Source of the DNA: Candidatus Hermodarchaeota archaeon
Lineage (GTDB): Archaea; Asgardarchaeota; Hermodarchaeia; Hermodarchaeales; Hermodarchaeaceae
DNA: 64,000 nucleotides
NCBI GenBank assembly: GCA_016839805.1
Contig: JAEOTO010000009.1
Coordinates: 8,369 to 72,368 of the forward strand
Direction: 5' to 3'
Of this stretch, positions 9,103 through 17,731 are shown in pieces. The first letter of the stretch is position 1. The number at the start of each line of letters is the position of its first letter. The position numbers and the translations under genes are program-made. Under the pieces are notes generated by a model. It was given only the letters and a program-made list of their open reading frames with translations. It was not told where the DNA came from and searched no databases.

Positions 9103-9696
9103 TTGGTGGCAACACCAAGTCTAACGGGTCGAAAAGCCGAAGTATTATGGGCACTCCCCTATCTTGTAGATTTAGCCAAAGACGTATTGTCTGAAGAAGA
9201 GTATATTGAAGCTGAAACCACCGCGGTCTATTTGGTCCGAACTAAACAGCTGAATGACGCAGCAATGAAACGATTAACAACCTTAGTTGCACCACCACCC
9301 AAACAACCATTAACAGAGGCCCAACAGGCACTCAAAGCGTTGCCAAGATTTACCAGAGAAGCCATTCGGTATTTAGCTGACTATATCGAATTGTTAGTTC
9401 GCGCATGGAGTTTCGAGATTACCGGTGATGCCACCACCAAAACCAGGTCACTAGGCCATAATGTCCGACGGTTGATACCAAAGAAATTCGGACTACCCAC
9501 TGATCTCATCGATCACCTGAAGCGCTACAATTCATTCCTCTTTACACCCACAAAACATGATTTCACCATCTTCAAAGGACAACGACACCGCTTTACATCA
9601 CGAGAGGTTGTCCTGATCGCTTACATCACCATGAAACTAGCTGAACGAATAATTGAGTTATCTCCCGCTGCACGCCTCCAAGCCATCGCCTTCTAG
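9103..9696 (+). CDS. Hypothetical protein
   Basis: 197-aa ORF. TTG/GTG start 5-8 nt after a GGAGGG Shine-Dalgarno-like motif. No motif recognised. Confidence 0.5.
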   Translation: MVATPSLTGRKAEVLWALPYLVDLAKDVLSEEEYIEAETTAVYLVRTKQLNDAAMKRLTTLVAPPPKQPLTEAQQALKALPRFTREAIRYLADYIELLVRAWSFEITGDATTKTRSLGHNVRRLIPKKFGLPTDLIDHLKRYNSFLFTPTKHDFTIFKGQRHRFTSREVVLIAYITMKLAERIIELSPAARLQAIAF

Positions 9697-9707
9697 CTTG
9701 CCAGAGG

Positions 9708-10367
9708 GTGATCATCTTCACATATTTTGATGAAGAGTTCCGGGCTGCTCGATTAGCTTGGGAAAAGCAGTACGAAAAGGGATACTTTCTTGACCAGCCA
9801 ATCCAACCTGAAATGCCAAATATGGCCCAACACTTCAAAATCCATAAGGTAAACCGCATCTTGGATTTAGGATGCGGGAGTGGACGTCACACAGTTTATT
9901 TGGCTAAACAAGGCTTTGAGGTCTTTGGTTTAGATATTGCCCCATCGGGTCTTAGTGCCACAATCCAAAAACTTGCCATCGAAGGATTAACCGGTCACGT
10001 TACACTTGCAGATATCCTTCAGCTGCCTTATGAAGATGGGTTCTTTGATGCCCTAATCAGTGTACGTGTCATTCATCACAATCGGATTGCAGTTATCCGA
10101 AAAACCGTTCAAGAAATGTGGCGTGTGCTAAAACCACAAGGGCTTGTTTGGGTCACAGTTCCGGTTCCCACGGGCCATGGATCAAAACATGGACGGGAAA
10201 TAGAGCCTGGCACTTGGGTACCAAGCGAAGGTTGTGAAAAGGGGCTCCCTCACCATCTGTTCACAGAAGATGAATTAAAAGAGCTTTTCCAACACTTTAC
10301 GATCTTAGAATTACGAGTCTTCTCGATGAGTCACTATTCACTACTTGCAGAAAAACCAACAAGATAA
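9708..10367 (+). CDS. Class I SAM-dependent methyltransferase
   Basis: 219 aa. Motif I ILDLGCGSGRH with downstream acidic loop FGLDI. Confidence 0.85.
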   Translation: MIIFTYFDEEFRAARLAWEKQYEKGYFLDQPIQPEMPNMAQHFKIHKVNRILDLGCGSGRHTVYLAKQGFEVFGLDIAPSGLSATIQKLAIEGLTGHVTLADILQLPYEDGFFDALISVRVIHHNRIAVIRKTVQEMWRVLKPQGLVWVTVPVPTGHGSKHGREIEPGTWVPSEGCEKGLPHHLFTEDELKELFQHFTILELRVFSMSHYSLLAEKPTR

Positions 10368-10461
10368 CAAATTAAACGAATACAGATTTTTTTGTTAAGC
10401 CGAATTGTGTGTGGTTGATGAAACACAATTAAGGTTTAATTTAATGAAGATGTGGCGGTTA

Positions 10462-11919
10462 ATGAAGGTGGGTTTCTTGAATAAAGAGAAGGCTTGGAAT
10501 TGGATAACCAAGAATGAAGGACGAATTATCGAAATCAGTGATAAAATCTGGGAGTTCGCCGAACTGGGACTTGAAGAATTCAAATCATCCGCATTATTAG
10601 CTGATACATTAGAGGAACATGGATTTCATGTACAACGTGGCATTGCAGGAATGCCAACGGCGTTTGAAGCGGTGTATGGCAGCGGTAAGCCTGTAATTGG
10701 AATCATGGGCGAATATGACGCACTACCCGGATTATCTCAGAAAGCAGTTCCCTACAAGGAACCGGTCAAAGAAGGTGCTCCAGGTCATGGCTGTGGTCAT
10801 AATATACATGGAGCTTCAGGAATGGCAGGAGCCATCGCAGCAAAGGAGTTTTTGGAGCAGACAAAGCTGAAAGGCACTATCAAGTTCTTTGGTACGCCAG
10901 CTGAGGAAACCTACGATGCAAAAGTCTTCATTGTCCGTGCCGGCCATTTTGATGACGTAGAAGCCGTGCTGAGCCACCACCCCTATAAGATGAATGTCGG
11001 GCATCTGTACAGCACATTGGCAATGAACATGGCAAAGTTTCACTTCTATGGCGTCGCGTCTCATGCCGCCTATGCTCCCGAATATGGCCGTAGTGCCCTC
11101 GATGCAATCGAACTCATGAACATCGGCGTGAACTACATGCGCGAACATATCATCCAAGAAGCACGGATTCATTACGTCATTGAAGAGGGGGGCGGCCAAC
11201 CTAACGTGGTTCCCTCTTATGCACGGAGTTGGTACTACATCCGTGCACCAGAACGCGACCAGGTAGACCAAATCTATGAATGGATTCTCAAGATTGCAGA
11301 TGGTGCAGCCCAGATGACTCGAACCACTCATGCAGTAGAGCACCTGACGGGCTGTTGCAATATTATTGCTAATAAGGGCTTAAGCGACCTAGTGATCGCT
11401 AATATGCGTGAAATTGGTGCCCCACAATACACGAAGGAAGAACTAGCCTTCGCTAAGGAATTGGCGAAGACAATTACGAAAGAAGAAAAAATTAGTTCTC
11501 TCCGGATAACAAAGCGTCCAGGATGGGAAGCCCTCATTGATGTATTAATCGACCAAACGATTCCCGATGCATGGGACGAAGGAGAAGTACTTCCAGGATC
11601 TACGGATGTATCTGATGTTAGTTGGAAAACCCCCACCATGGAATTCACGACGGCAACTTGGGTCTTAGGAACCGCACCTCATTCCTGGCAAGCTGTCGCA
11701 CAATGTGGCATGGGTATTGGCCACCAATCCCTTCTCTTCGCTGCAAAAACCATATCTGGAGCTATCCTCGATTTATTAACTAAGCCAGAATTATTAAAAT
11801 TAATTTCCGACGAATTCCTCCACCGCACCAAAGGAAGAGAATACAAGACGCCTATTCCCACAGAAATAAAATCGCCCCTCGAAATTGTTGAAAAATCACC
11901 AACGTTCATCAAGCGCTAA
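10462..11919 (+). CDS. M20-family amidohydrolase (AbgB-like), intact paralogue of 1400..2846
   Basis: Motifs PGHGCGHN and GTPAEE. The start was chosen at ATG 10462 because it aligns with the paralogue's N-terminus. The ORF stays open upstream to 10405, so the start is uncertain. Confidence 0.85.
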   Translation: MKVGFLNKEKAWNWITKNEGRIIEISDKIWEFAELGLEEFKSSALLADTLEEHGFHVQRGIAGMPTAFEAVYGSGKPVIGIMGEYDALPGLSQKAVPYKEPVKEGAPGHGCGHNIHGASGMAGAIAAKEFLEQTKLKGTIKFFGTPAEETYDAKVFIVRAGHFDDVEAVLSHHPYKMNVGHLYSTLAMNMAKFHFYGVASHAAYAPEYGRSALDAIELMNIGVNYMREHIIQEARIHYVIEEGGGQPNVVPSYARSWYYIRAPERDQVDQIYEWILKIADGAAQMTRTTHAVEHLTGCCNIIANKGLSDLVIANMREIGAPQYTKEELAFAKELAKTITKEEKISSLRITKRPGWEALIDVLIDQTIPDAWDEGEVLPGSTDVSDVSWKTPTMEFTTATWVLGTAPHSWQAVAQCGMGIGHQSLLFAAKTISGAILDLLTKPELLKLISDEFLHRTKGREYKTPIPTEIKSPLEIVEKSPTFIKR

Positions 11920-11945
11920 CGTCATTAAGCGTAAATTTAACTTGT

Positions 11946-13007
11946 TTAACTTCCTTTGAAAAATCGGTGAAACGGCCGTGGTAGCCTCGAGAAATCAATT
12001 TGGCTAGCAATATCTGAGAGGTTTACAGAATTTAGAGTGTGCCAGTATAAAATAGGTCCTTCGTTTCCTTTACGGAGATAATCAATTACTCCTGCAAGGG
12101 TTTTTGCCGTGTAAGTGGGGTCCAAATTAAGCTGTTCGAATTCTAATGCCATATTAAGGGCTTCACTTCCTGCTTTGGTCGGATATCCATACCCTCTTCC
12201 GAGGAATTCATTGGACAATTCAAAACGAGGTTCATAGTGGAATTTTCCCACTTCAATTGTAGGTGTTAATAATCGAAGCGTTTTGCGCACCAGGGTCTTC
12301 ACACGGTCTCGATTGAATCGTGGATTACTCGTCACTTGAATTCCCATGACGCGTGAGTTTAATCCGGTTAATTGTAATCCTAATTCAATTCCAGAAATGG
12401 TTCCGACACTTCCCGCTGCCACAAAAATCAGCCGTGGTTCTGGCAGTAAACCAGCTTGAATTTGATTTCGTAATTCAAAGATAGCATTGAGGTATCCTAA
12501 GACACCAACAGGTGTGCTACCTCCTGTGGGAAGCCAGTAGATGTTTTTCCACCGTAAACGGTCGATAAGATTGAACCGAAGAGCTGTTCGCCACTTCGTT
12601 TTTGTATAAATTAATTCCGCCCCATAGAAGTACATGAGTTTCAGATTCTGGAGAACATTGGGAGTCACGGGTTGGTCTTCAATATAGATTCGCGTATGGA
12701 GGTTCTGTGACCGACCATGAATTGTAGTAGCTAATCCATGATTAGTTCCCAACCCACCCATAGTGACAATCATGTGCTTGTCCTGGTGAAGAGCATCAGC
12801 TAACAGAAATTCTAATTTGCGCACCTTATTTCCACCATACGCTTTCGACGTGAGATTATCAAGCTTCACCCACATCGCTTCTTTGGTTTTCAATGCTTTC
12901 TGCAAGTTGGTCAGTTGTCGAACGGGAGTCGGGTTTTCCAGAATTGAAATCCATGGAATACGGTCTTGAAGCGCGCTATACGCTTCAAACAGGGCTGGTT
13001 GCTTCAT
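11946..13007 (-). CDS. PLP-dependent ACC deaminase / D-cysteine desulfhydrase family enzyme
   Basis: 353 aa. Family-typical PLP-lysine motif GGNKVRKLEFLLADA and the overall fold-type-II pattern. Confidence 0.8.
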   Translation of the reverse strand: MKQPALFEAYSALQDRIPWISILENPTPVRQLTNLQKALKTKEAMWVKLDNLTSKAYGGNKVRKLEFLLADALHQDKHMIVTMGGLGTNHGLATTIHGRSQNLHTRIYIEDQPVTPNVLQNLKLMYFYGAELIYTKTKWRTALRFNLIDRLRWKNIYWLPTGGSTPVGVLGYLNAIFELRNQIQAGLLPEPRLIFVAAGSVGTISGIELGLQLTGLNSRVMGIQVTSNPRFNRDRVKTLVRKTLRLLTPTIEVGKFHYEPRFELSNEFLGRGYGYPTKAGSEALNMALEFEQLNLDPTYTAKTLAGVIDYLRKGNEGPILYWHTLNSVNLSDIASQIDFSRLPRPFHRFFKGS

Positions 13008-13124
13008 GAATCAAATAGCTCCGAATTCCATTGGTTTCACTGTTGTATAATAAACATAGGGGTATTCACAGCATAACTTTTTATGACTCCATTTGGCTAG
13101 GGGCGTTAGTGCGCGGGTGGTTGG

Positions 13125-14261
13125 TTGAGGACCCTTTCTCTGAGAGAAATTGTTGGCTTATTCATCTTTGGTCTGCTTGGATTTCTGCTTTACCTGTTCG
13201 GAGTCGGTTTGATACACAAAGCGTGGACCTATTTAATCGCGCTGATTGAAACAGGAAGTTACCCAACAGAACTCCTGCAAATGCTCTTCATACAGACGAA
13301 TCCATTCGGTATTGCCGGATTACACGATGTCGGTATCTTCTTGGCATCTTTAGGAATTATCCTTCTCTACGTTATCTATTTCGTGTGGCTCCTACCACTA
13401 GGAACACCAGAACGCAGCAGACGTGGCTTCCAATATATTCTGGGATTTCTTCTGGTATTTGCAGCCTGGATTGGAATCTGGATATGCATGCACCGGGCAT
13501 TCCTCCTGTTCCTTGAGTTTTGGCGGGGATATCTACCTGTTCCCACCTGGGTTATTGGTATATTCCAACTTACTCCCTCCACACTTCACAGCCTTGGATT
13601 AGCATTGGTTGGCCTATTTCTCTTGGGAACACTGCTCGTCATTCTCTACAAGGCTTACACACTCTTTTTGGCATCAGAAACTGAATCGGATGCAACAGTC
13701 GAATATTCAAATATCACAACAGGTGGAACCAGCGGTTCTGAAAGCATCGAGTGGCCAATTCCTTTCATCCAAATAAAGAAAGACTGGAAATTCTACTTTC
13801 TTGCCTTCCTACCCTACTTTTCGGCAGCATTCGCCATTTGGATCCTCCTCTTCGAAGGCTTCATTGCTTCACTATATGGAATCCCAATCCTCTGGGCCCT
13901 ACTTCCATGGATTCCATGGACACCAAATCACTACATGATATTCGGCGCTGGATTACTACTCCCAAGCATGCTAGCACTTTGGGGAATCATCGTCTTCATC
14001 CGACGGGCACCAGTAACAGGAATGCCAGGGAACAGTTGGTGGTGGCGAGGAGCACGACGCTTCCTCTTCGTGATTCTAACCATAATAGTCATCATATCCC
14101 TCTCAGCAGGGCTATTTATCCTCATTTGGACCTATTTACAGCTGGGAACACTTACTACATCTACTGCCTTACTCTGGCAACAGATCGGTGAAACATCAGT
14201 CCTCATTGGGCTAATAACGGCATTCATCATCATTGTAGGGGAACGAGCATCCGAAGCCTAA
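13125..14261 (+). CDS. Polytopic membrane protein, hypothetical
   Basis: 378-aa ORF with a TTG start and at least 8 hydrophobic segments. The alternate-frame ORFs inside it are rejected. Confidence 0.6.
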   Translation: MRTLSLREIVGLFIFGLLGFLLYLFGVGLIHKAWTYLIALIETGSYPTELLQMLFIQTNPFGIAGLHDVGIFLASLGIILLYVIYFVWLLPLGTPERSRRGFQYILGFLLVFAAWIGIWICMHRAFLLFLEFWRGYLPVPTWVIGIFQLTPSTLHSLGLALVGLFLLGTLLVILYKAYTLFLASETESDATVEYSNITTGGTSGSESIEWPIPFIQIKKDWKFYFLAFLPYFSAAFAIWILLFEGFIASLYGIPILWALLPWIPWTPNHYMIFGAGLLLPSMLALWGIIVFIRRAPVTGMPGNSWWWRGARRFLFVILTIIVIISLSAGLFILIWTYLQLGTLTTSTALLWQQIGETSVLIGLITAFIIIVGERASEA

Positions 14262-14296
14262 CTTATGCTATCCAGCCATCCAAATTTTCATTGAGA

Positions 14297-14734
14297 CTAA
14301 GTAGTATACCGTGGAACGTTGTCACGAAACCAAGGTGGAACCACTGCTTTGTCAACTCGATCTGAGGAAGGCATATAGGGCTTAATATCAATCACTGGCG
14401 TTCCATCGAAGGCATCGATTTGATCAATGTAAACACGATGCATATCATTATCAACTTTCTCGATGGCGACAATAGACAAGCCAATGGGTGTCGGTCGGGC
14501 AGGTGACCGACTCGCGAACACTCCAGACAACTTAGCATCGGCTTGTGGGGGATAATCTTGGAGGTTTGAACGGTAAGTAATGGAGTCACGACCTGTTATC
14601 CACCATAGCACAATCATGTGCGAAAACTGGTTCAGTTGGAGCACACCATCCCAGTACTGATCTGCGATTTCTATGTAAAGCTGATCCTCAGCCGGTTTCT
14701 TGACATGACCAATTATGTTAGCGCGGAATTCCAT
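14297..14734 (-). CDS. trmO: tRNA (t6A37-N6)-methyltransferase TrmO/TsaA (YaeB) family protein
   Basis: 145 aa. Family-typical GVFASRSPARPTPIGLSIV and DGTPVIDIKPYMP. Confidence 0.8.
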   Translation of the reverse strand: MEFRANIIGHVKKPAEDQLYIEIADQYWDGVLQLNQFSHMIVLWWITGRDSITYRSNLQDYPPQADAKLSGVFASRSPARPTPIGLSIVAIEKVDNDMHRVYIDQIDAFDGTPVIDIKPYMPSSDRVDKAVVPPWFRDNVPRYTT

Positions 14735-15107
14735 AAGGATAATTAGAAACTTTTATGGAAGAAGTTTACTCTCACAGTAACTTCGCAATAGACTTTCTCC
14801 CTGTGCGCTGTACTCCCCGAGTTCAGTGTTTATGACTCCACTAGGGTTATTTCTCATTAACCGATACGTTTAAATATTATTATAATAATATATTCTCACG
14901 CAATAAGAAAATTATCTAATCCAACGAGGTGGATTAGAGTCTCAAAATGGTACATCAAATTGGTGGTAAAAAATGAATATACAAAAAAGAAATGCGCGAG
15001 ATCAAACTCGTAAGGTTCCAAGTCGTTATGCTTATTCAATTGTCTTAGCTCAGCAATTGAAGTGTAACTAGAACCTGTCAACATCCTGTAAGCAGGACAC
15101 TGCTAGA

Positions 15108-15146
15108 GGGTTACATCCATGATGTAGCCCTCCTCTTCCTTTTTTT
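15108..15146 (+). terminator. 10-bp hairpin followed by a T7 tract (terminator-like)
   Basis: GGGTTACATC-CAT-GATGTAGCCC at 15108..15130, then TCCTCTTCC and TTTTTTT ending at 15146. No annotated + strand gene lies upstream. Confidence 0.4.
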
Positions 15147-15261
15147 AGTTTCTACCTCTCTTACTGCTTTAATTCTAAACGCCTTGTTGTGGGGTTTAAG
15201 TTCACTAAAAATTTATACACAGATAGCTAGTATAATGGAAACGTAGGATATACTGGCTGGT

Positions 15262-15528
15262 ATGTTTATGGTAAAAAAAGTTGAGAAGAAATCTGGTGAG
15301 GTTGAACCATTCATCCGTGAAAAAGTCGTCGTTTCCTGCTTGAAAACAGGGGCACCCTTGAGCGTTGCGCGTGAGATTGCTGATATGGTGGAGGCATCGC
15401 AGATGGAATCGATGACCTCTAAAGAGATCCGCGAAAATGTTCTTGGTGAACTTGAAAAATCAAATGATGAATACCGACGAAACTGGATTATGTATGATCG
15501 AGAAAAAGGGCGAATCACACCCGAATAA
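15262..15528 (+). CDS. Stand-alone ATP-cone domain protein
   Basis: 88 aa. VKKVEKKSGEVEPFIREKVVVS... fits the ATP-cone consensus (V-K-R/K-x-G-x-x-E-x-F). Confidence 0.7.
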   Translation: MFMVKKVEKKSGEVEPFIREKVVVSCLKTGAPLSVAREIADMVEASQMESMTSKEIRENVLGELEKSNDEYRRNWIMYDREKGRITPE

Positions 15529-15791
15529 TCGGGATTATAGTACCTATAGTTGAGGAGGAGCTGACTAAGTCATTATTAGAGCAAACACTCACCATTGGTT
15601 TCTTTACATTCTTTAATCCATTTGTCAGCATTCGGTTTCTAATTGAGTGTTGTGATGAGAACTGAGGTATAATTCCGTTTCTCCTGGATATCACTGCTCT
15701 TCCCCAATATTGACCTATAAAAGTCATGATGCAAAGTTTTAAACGCCTCAACTTTGAGCATTTCATAGTAACTTCTAGAGGAATTGATTAT

Positions 15792-16331
15792 ATGGCTGAT
15801 GAAGGAACTGCATCAACTCTGGTGTTAATTGCTGGGATAATTCAGCTTATCATCATGTTCATCATTGCGGGACTAACTGGATTATTCGCTATCTTGATTC
15901 CACTTATCCTAACATTACCACCGTCTGAATTACCACCCGAATTAACAATGGCTGATTTACAAATGGTAGTCAATTTGCTGGGTATTGTGGTTAGCGTTCT
16001 TGTTGTTATCACCATTTTGACCCTTATCTTTAGCATCCTTTGGCTAATGTGGCGGAAAGATCCGATAAAACACCGGGCAGGTTTAATTGTCACTGGCATC
16101 TTAGCTCTGATCTTTGGTGGCGTTCTTCCCGGGCTTTTAGCTCTCATTGGTGGCGCAATTGCGAAGCCCGAACCCGAATATAAACCACCCACCTTCCCAA
16201 GGACTCCATCGACTACTCCTGCTGAACCGACTGTGAAAGCTGCGGCTGGTAAATATTGTCCGGCCTGTGGTAACCCCATTGCCAATCCGAACGCTGAATT
16301 CTGCGGCGTGTGCGGTGCAAGTCTAACTTAA
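15792..16331 (+). CDS. Membrane protein with a C-terminal zinc ribbon
   Basis: Start taken at ATG 15792 (MADEGTAS); the ORF is open from 15726. About four TM helices, a Pro/Thr linker, then CPACGNPIANPNAEFCGVCG. Confidence 0.65.
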   Translation: MADEGTASTLVLIAGIIQLIIMFIIAGLTGLFAILIPLILTLPPSELPPELTMADLQMVVNLLGIVVSVLVVITILTLIFSILWLMWRKDPIKHRAGLIVTGILALIFGGVLPGLLALIGGAIAKPEPEYKPPTFPRTPSTTPAEPTVKAAAGKYCPACGNPIANPNAEFCGVCGASLT

Positions 16332-16399
16332 GGATATTAAAAAACCAACAAGAGTCCAGTATCGAGAATCAAGATGCTGTGAACATGGTGTTAGAGCAC

Positions 16400-17224
16400 C
16401 TAGAAGGGAATCGACTCGCCAACGGGCTTAAAGGTTATTGCATTCTCAGGACAGTAACGTTGACAGACACCACAACCAAAACAGGCGTGCGACTCGATAC
16501 TGGCTAGATTATTTTGAGAATCAATAGTTGGTACACCAAATGGACACTTAGTTTCGCAGATTCCACAGCCCGTACATTTACTGACGTCAACTTGGGCTCG
16601 TTGATGAGCTTTGTAAATGGGAGAGGTTATTTCCAGACGTTTTCGAAGTAAGTAGGGTCGACATACTGGCATATCACAATTACACAGCATACCTAAGTAA
16701 GGAACCCCCAGAGCCGACATGGCATGAACAACTGGACCAGTTTTAATCAACGCTTCGAGGGTTTCTTGGGCTTCTTCAGCGCTTACGTATTGGTGTGCTC
16801 CTCCACAATATTTAGGAAATCGGTGGGTATACTCATCAGTAAAGGCAATTCCATAACAGCTGAGGTTGGGATCAGATCCATAAGCCGAATACCGGCATAT
16901 GCAGGGGAGGAGAACGACAGCACGTTCACTTTCATCCGTCTGATAACTAGCAAGTTTCAAGATAGATAGCGCTTCGTCTGTGCTAATCACCTGATGATGG
17001 AGATACTGCATGTAACGGTGATTTTCTTTCTGCCGTTCTTCAACAGTAATAGGTCCTGAAGGAAGTAACTCTTTTGCACCTGGGGTAATTTCCCGTCCAA
17101 AGAAGCTCTCACAGAATTGCTTGACCTTCTCGCTGTGAGCGAGGTCCTTTGAATAATTACGAGCATTGAGATACCATTTTTTCCCATGTCCATGTTGAAC
17201 ACAATACTCACACATAGAAACCAC
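16400..17224 (-). CDS. 4Fe-4S dicluster domain protein
   Basis: 274 aa. Two ferredoxin motifs, CTGCGICETKCP and CFGCGVCQRYCP. N-terminal CEYCVQHGHGKKWYLN. Confidence 0.75.
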   Translation of the reverse strand: MVSMCEYCVQHGHGKKWYLNARNYSKDLAHSEKVKQFCESFFGREITPGAKELLPSGPITVEERQKENHRYMQYLHHQVISTDEALSILKLASYQTDESERAVVLLPCICRYSAYGSDPNLSCYGIAFTDEYTHRFPKYCGGAHQYVSAEEAQETLEALIKTGPVVHAMSALGVPYLGMLCNCDMPVCRPYLLRKRLEITSPIYKAHQRAQVDVSKCTGCGICETKCPFGVPTIDSQNNLASIESHACFGCGVCQRYCPENAITFKPVGESIPF

Positions 17225-17339
17225 TCTGAACGAATAGTGAATCCTTCCACTTTTTGATTTTTAGGTTATTAGCCGCTAAGGGGGAAGTCTCAAAAAGAAT
17301 CAATACTAATAAATATAGGTTTAAGGAGGCTGAAAAACA

Positions 17340-17726
17340 TTGATTCAATCAGATGCGATTCGTCAGGCACTCCGGGAAAAGCTGGAAAATGGCATCACTC
17401 TTAAGACAACCGGAGGTACTGAATTCCTCGTCGAGTCAATTAACCCTACAGAAATTGTATTTCGTGTTGGAGAAAAGAAGGTGCGCGTCGCGGTTATGTT
17501 AGATGCGGTCGACGATCTTGTCAAAGAGTTCAAATTCATCCCTCCTGGTGGTTGGATGCGAATTGGAGCCGTAACTGGTGAACCCAAACCAGGAACTCTA
17601 GCAGCAGTGGTTCGCGCACATACTCAAGGCGCAAGCTCAGCAAGTCAGTTTGCTGCAGTATTAGAACATATCCAAGTAGCAGAAGTTAATCCCACCCGGC
17701 CTGCAAGAATACGCCTGACTGTTTAG
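17340..17726 (+). CDS. Hypothetical protein
   Basis: 128-aa ORF with a TTG start 10 nt after AAGGAGG. Confidence 0.5.
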   Translation: MIQSDAIRQALREKLENGITLKTTGGTEFLVESINPTEIVFRVGEKKVRVAVMLDAVDDLVKEFKFIPPGGWMRIGAVTGEPKPGTLAAVVRAHTQGASSASQFAAVLEHIQVAEVNPTRPARIRLTV

Positions 17727-17731
17727 ATGAA

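Noticed and set aside
14868-14900. A very A+T-rich tract considered as a replication-origin unwinding element
   Set aside because: I saw no flanking ORB-like repeats and there is no adjacent orc1/cdc6 gene. It is more simply a promoter/TATA-rich spacer.
14896-15084. A 62-aa ORF on the minus strand in the trmO/ATP-cone spacer
   Set aside because: It has no RBS and an odd Phe/Tyr-rich composition, and it runs antisense to the better-organised + strand unit.
15100-15135. ATGATGT within the hairpin, considered as a C box of a C/D-box sRNA
   Set aside because: It does not match RUGAUGA exactly, no properly spaced CUGA D box lies downstream, and the sequence is part of a stable hairpin.
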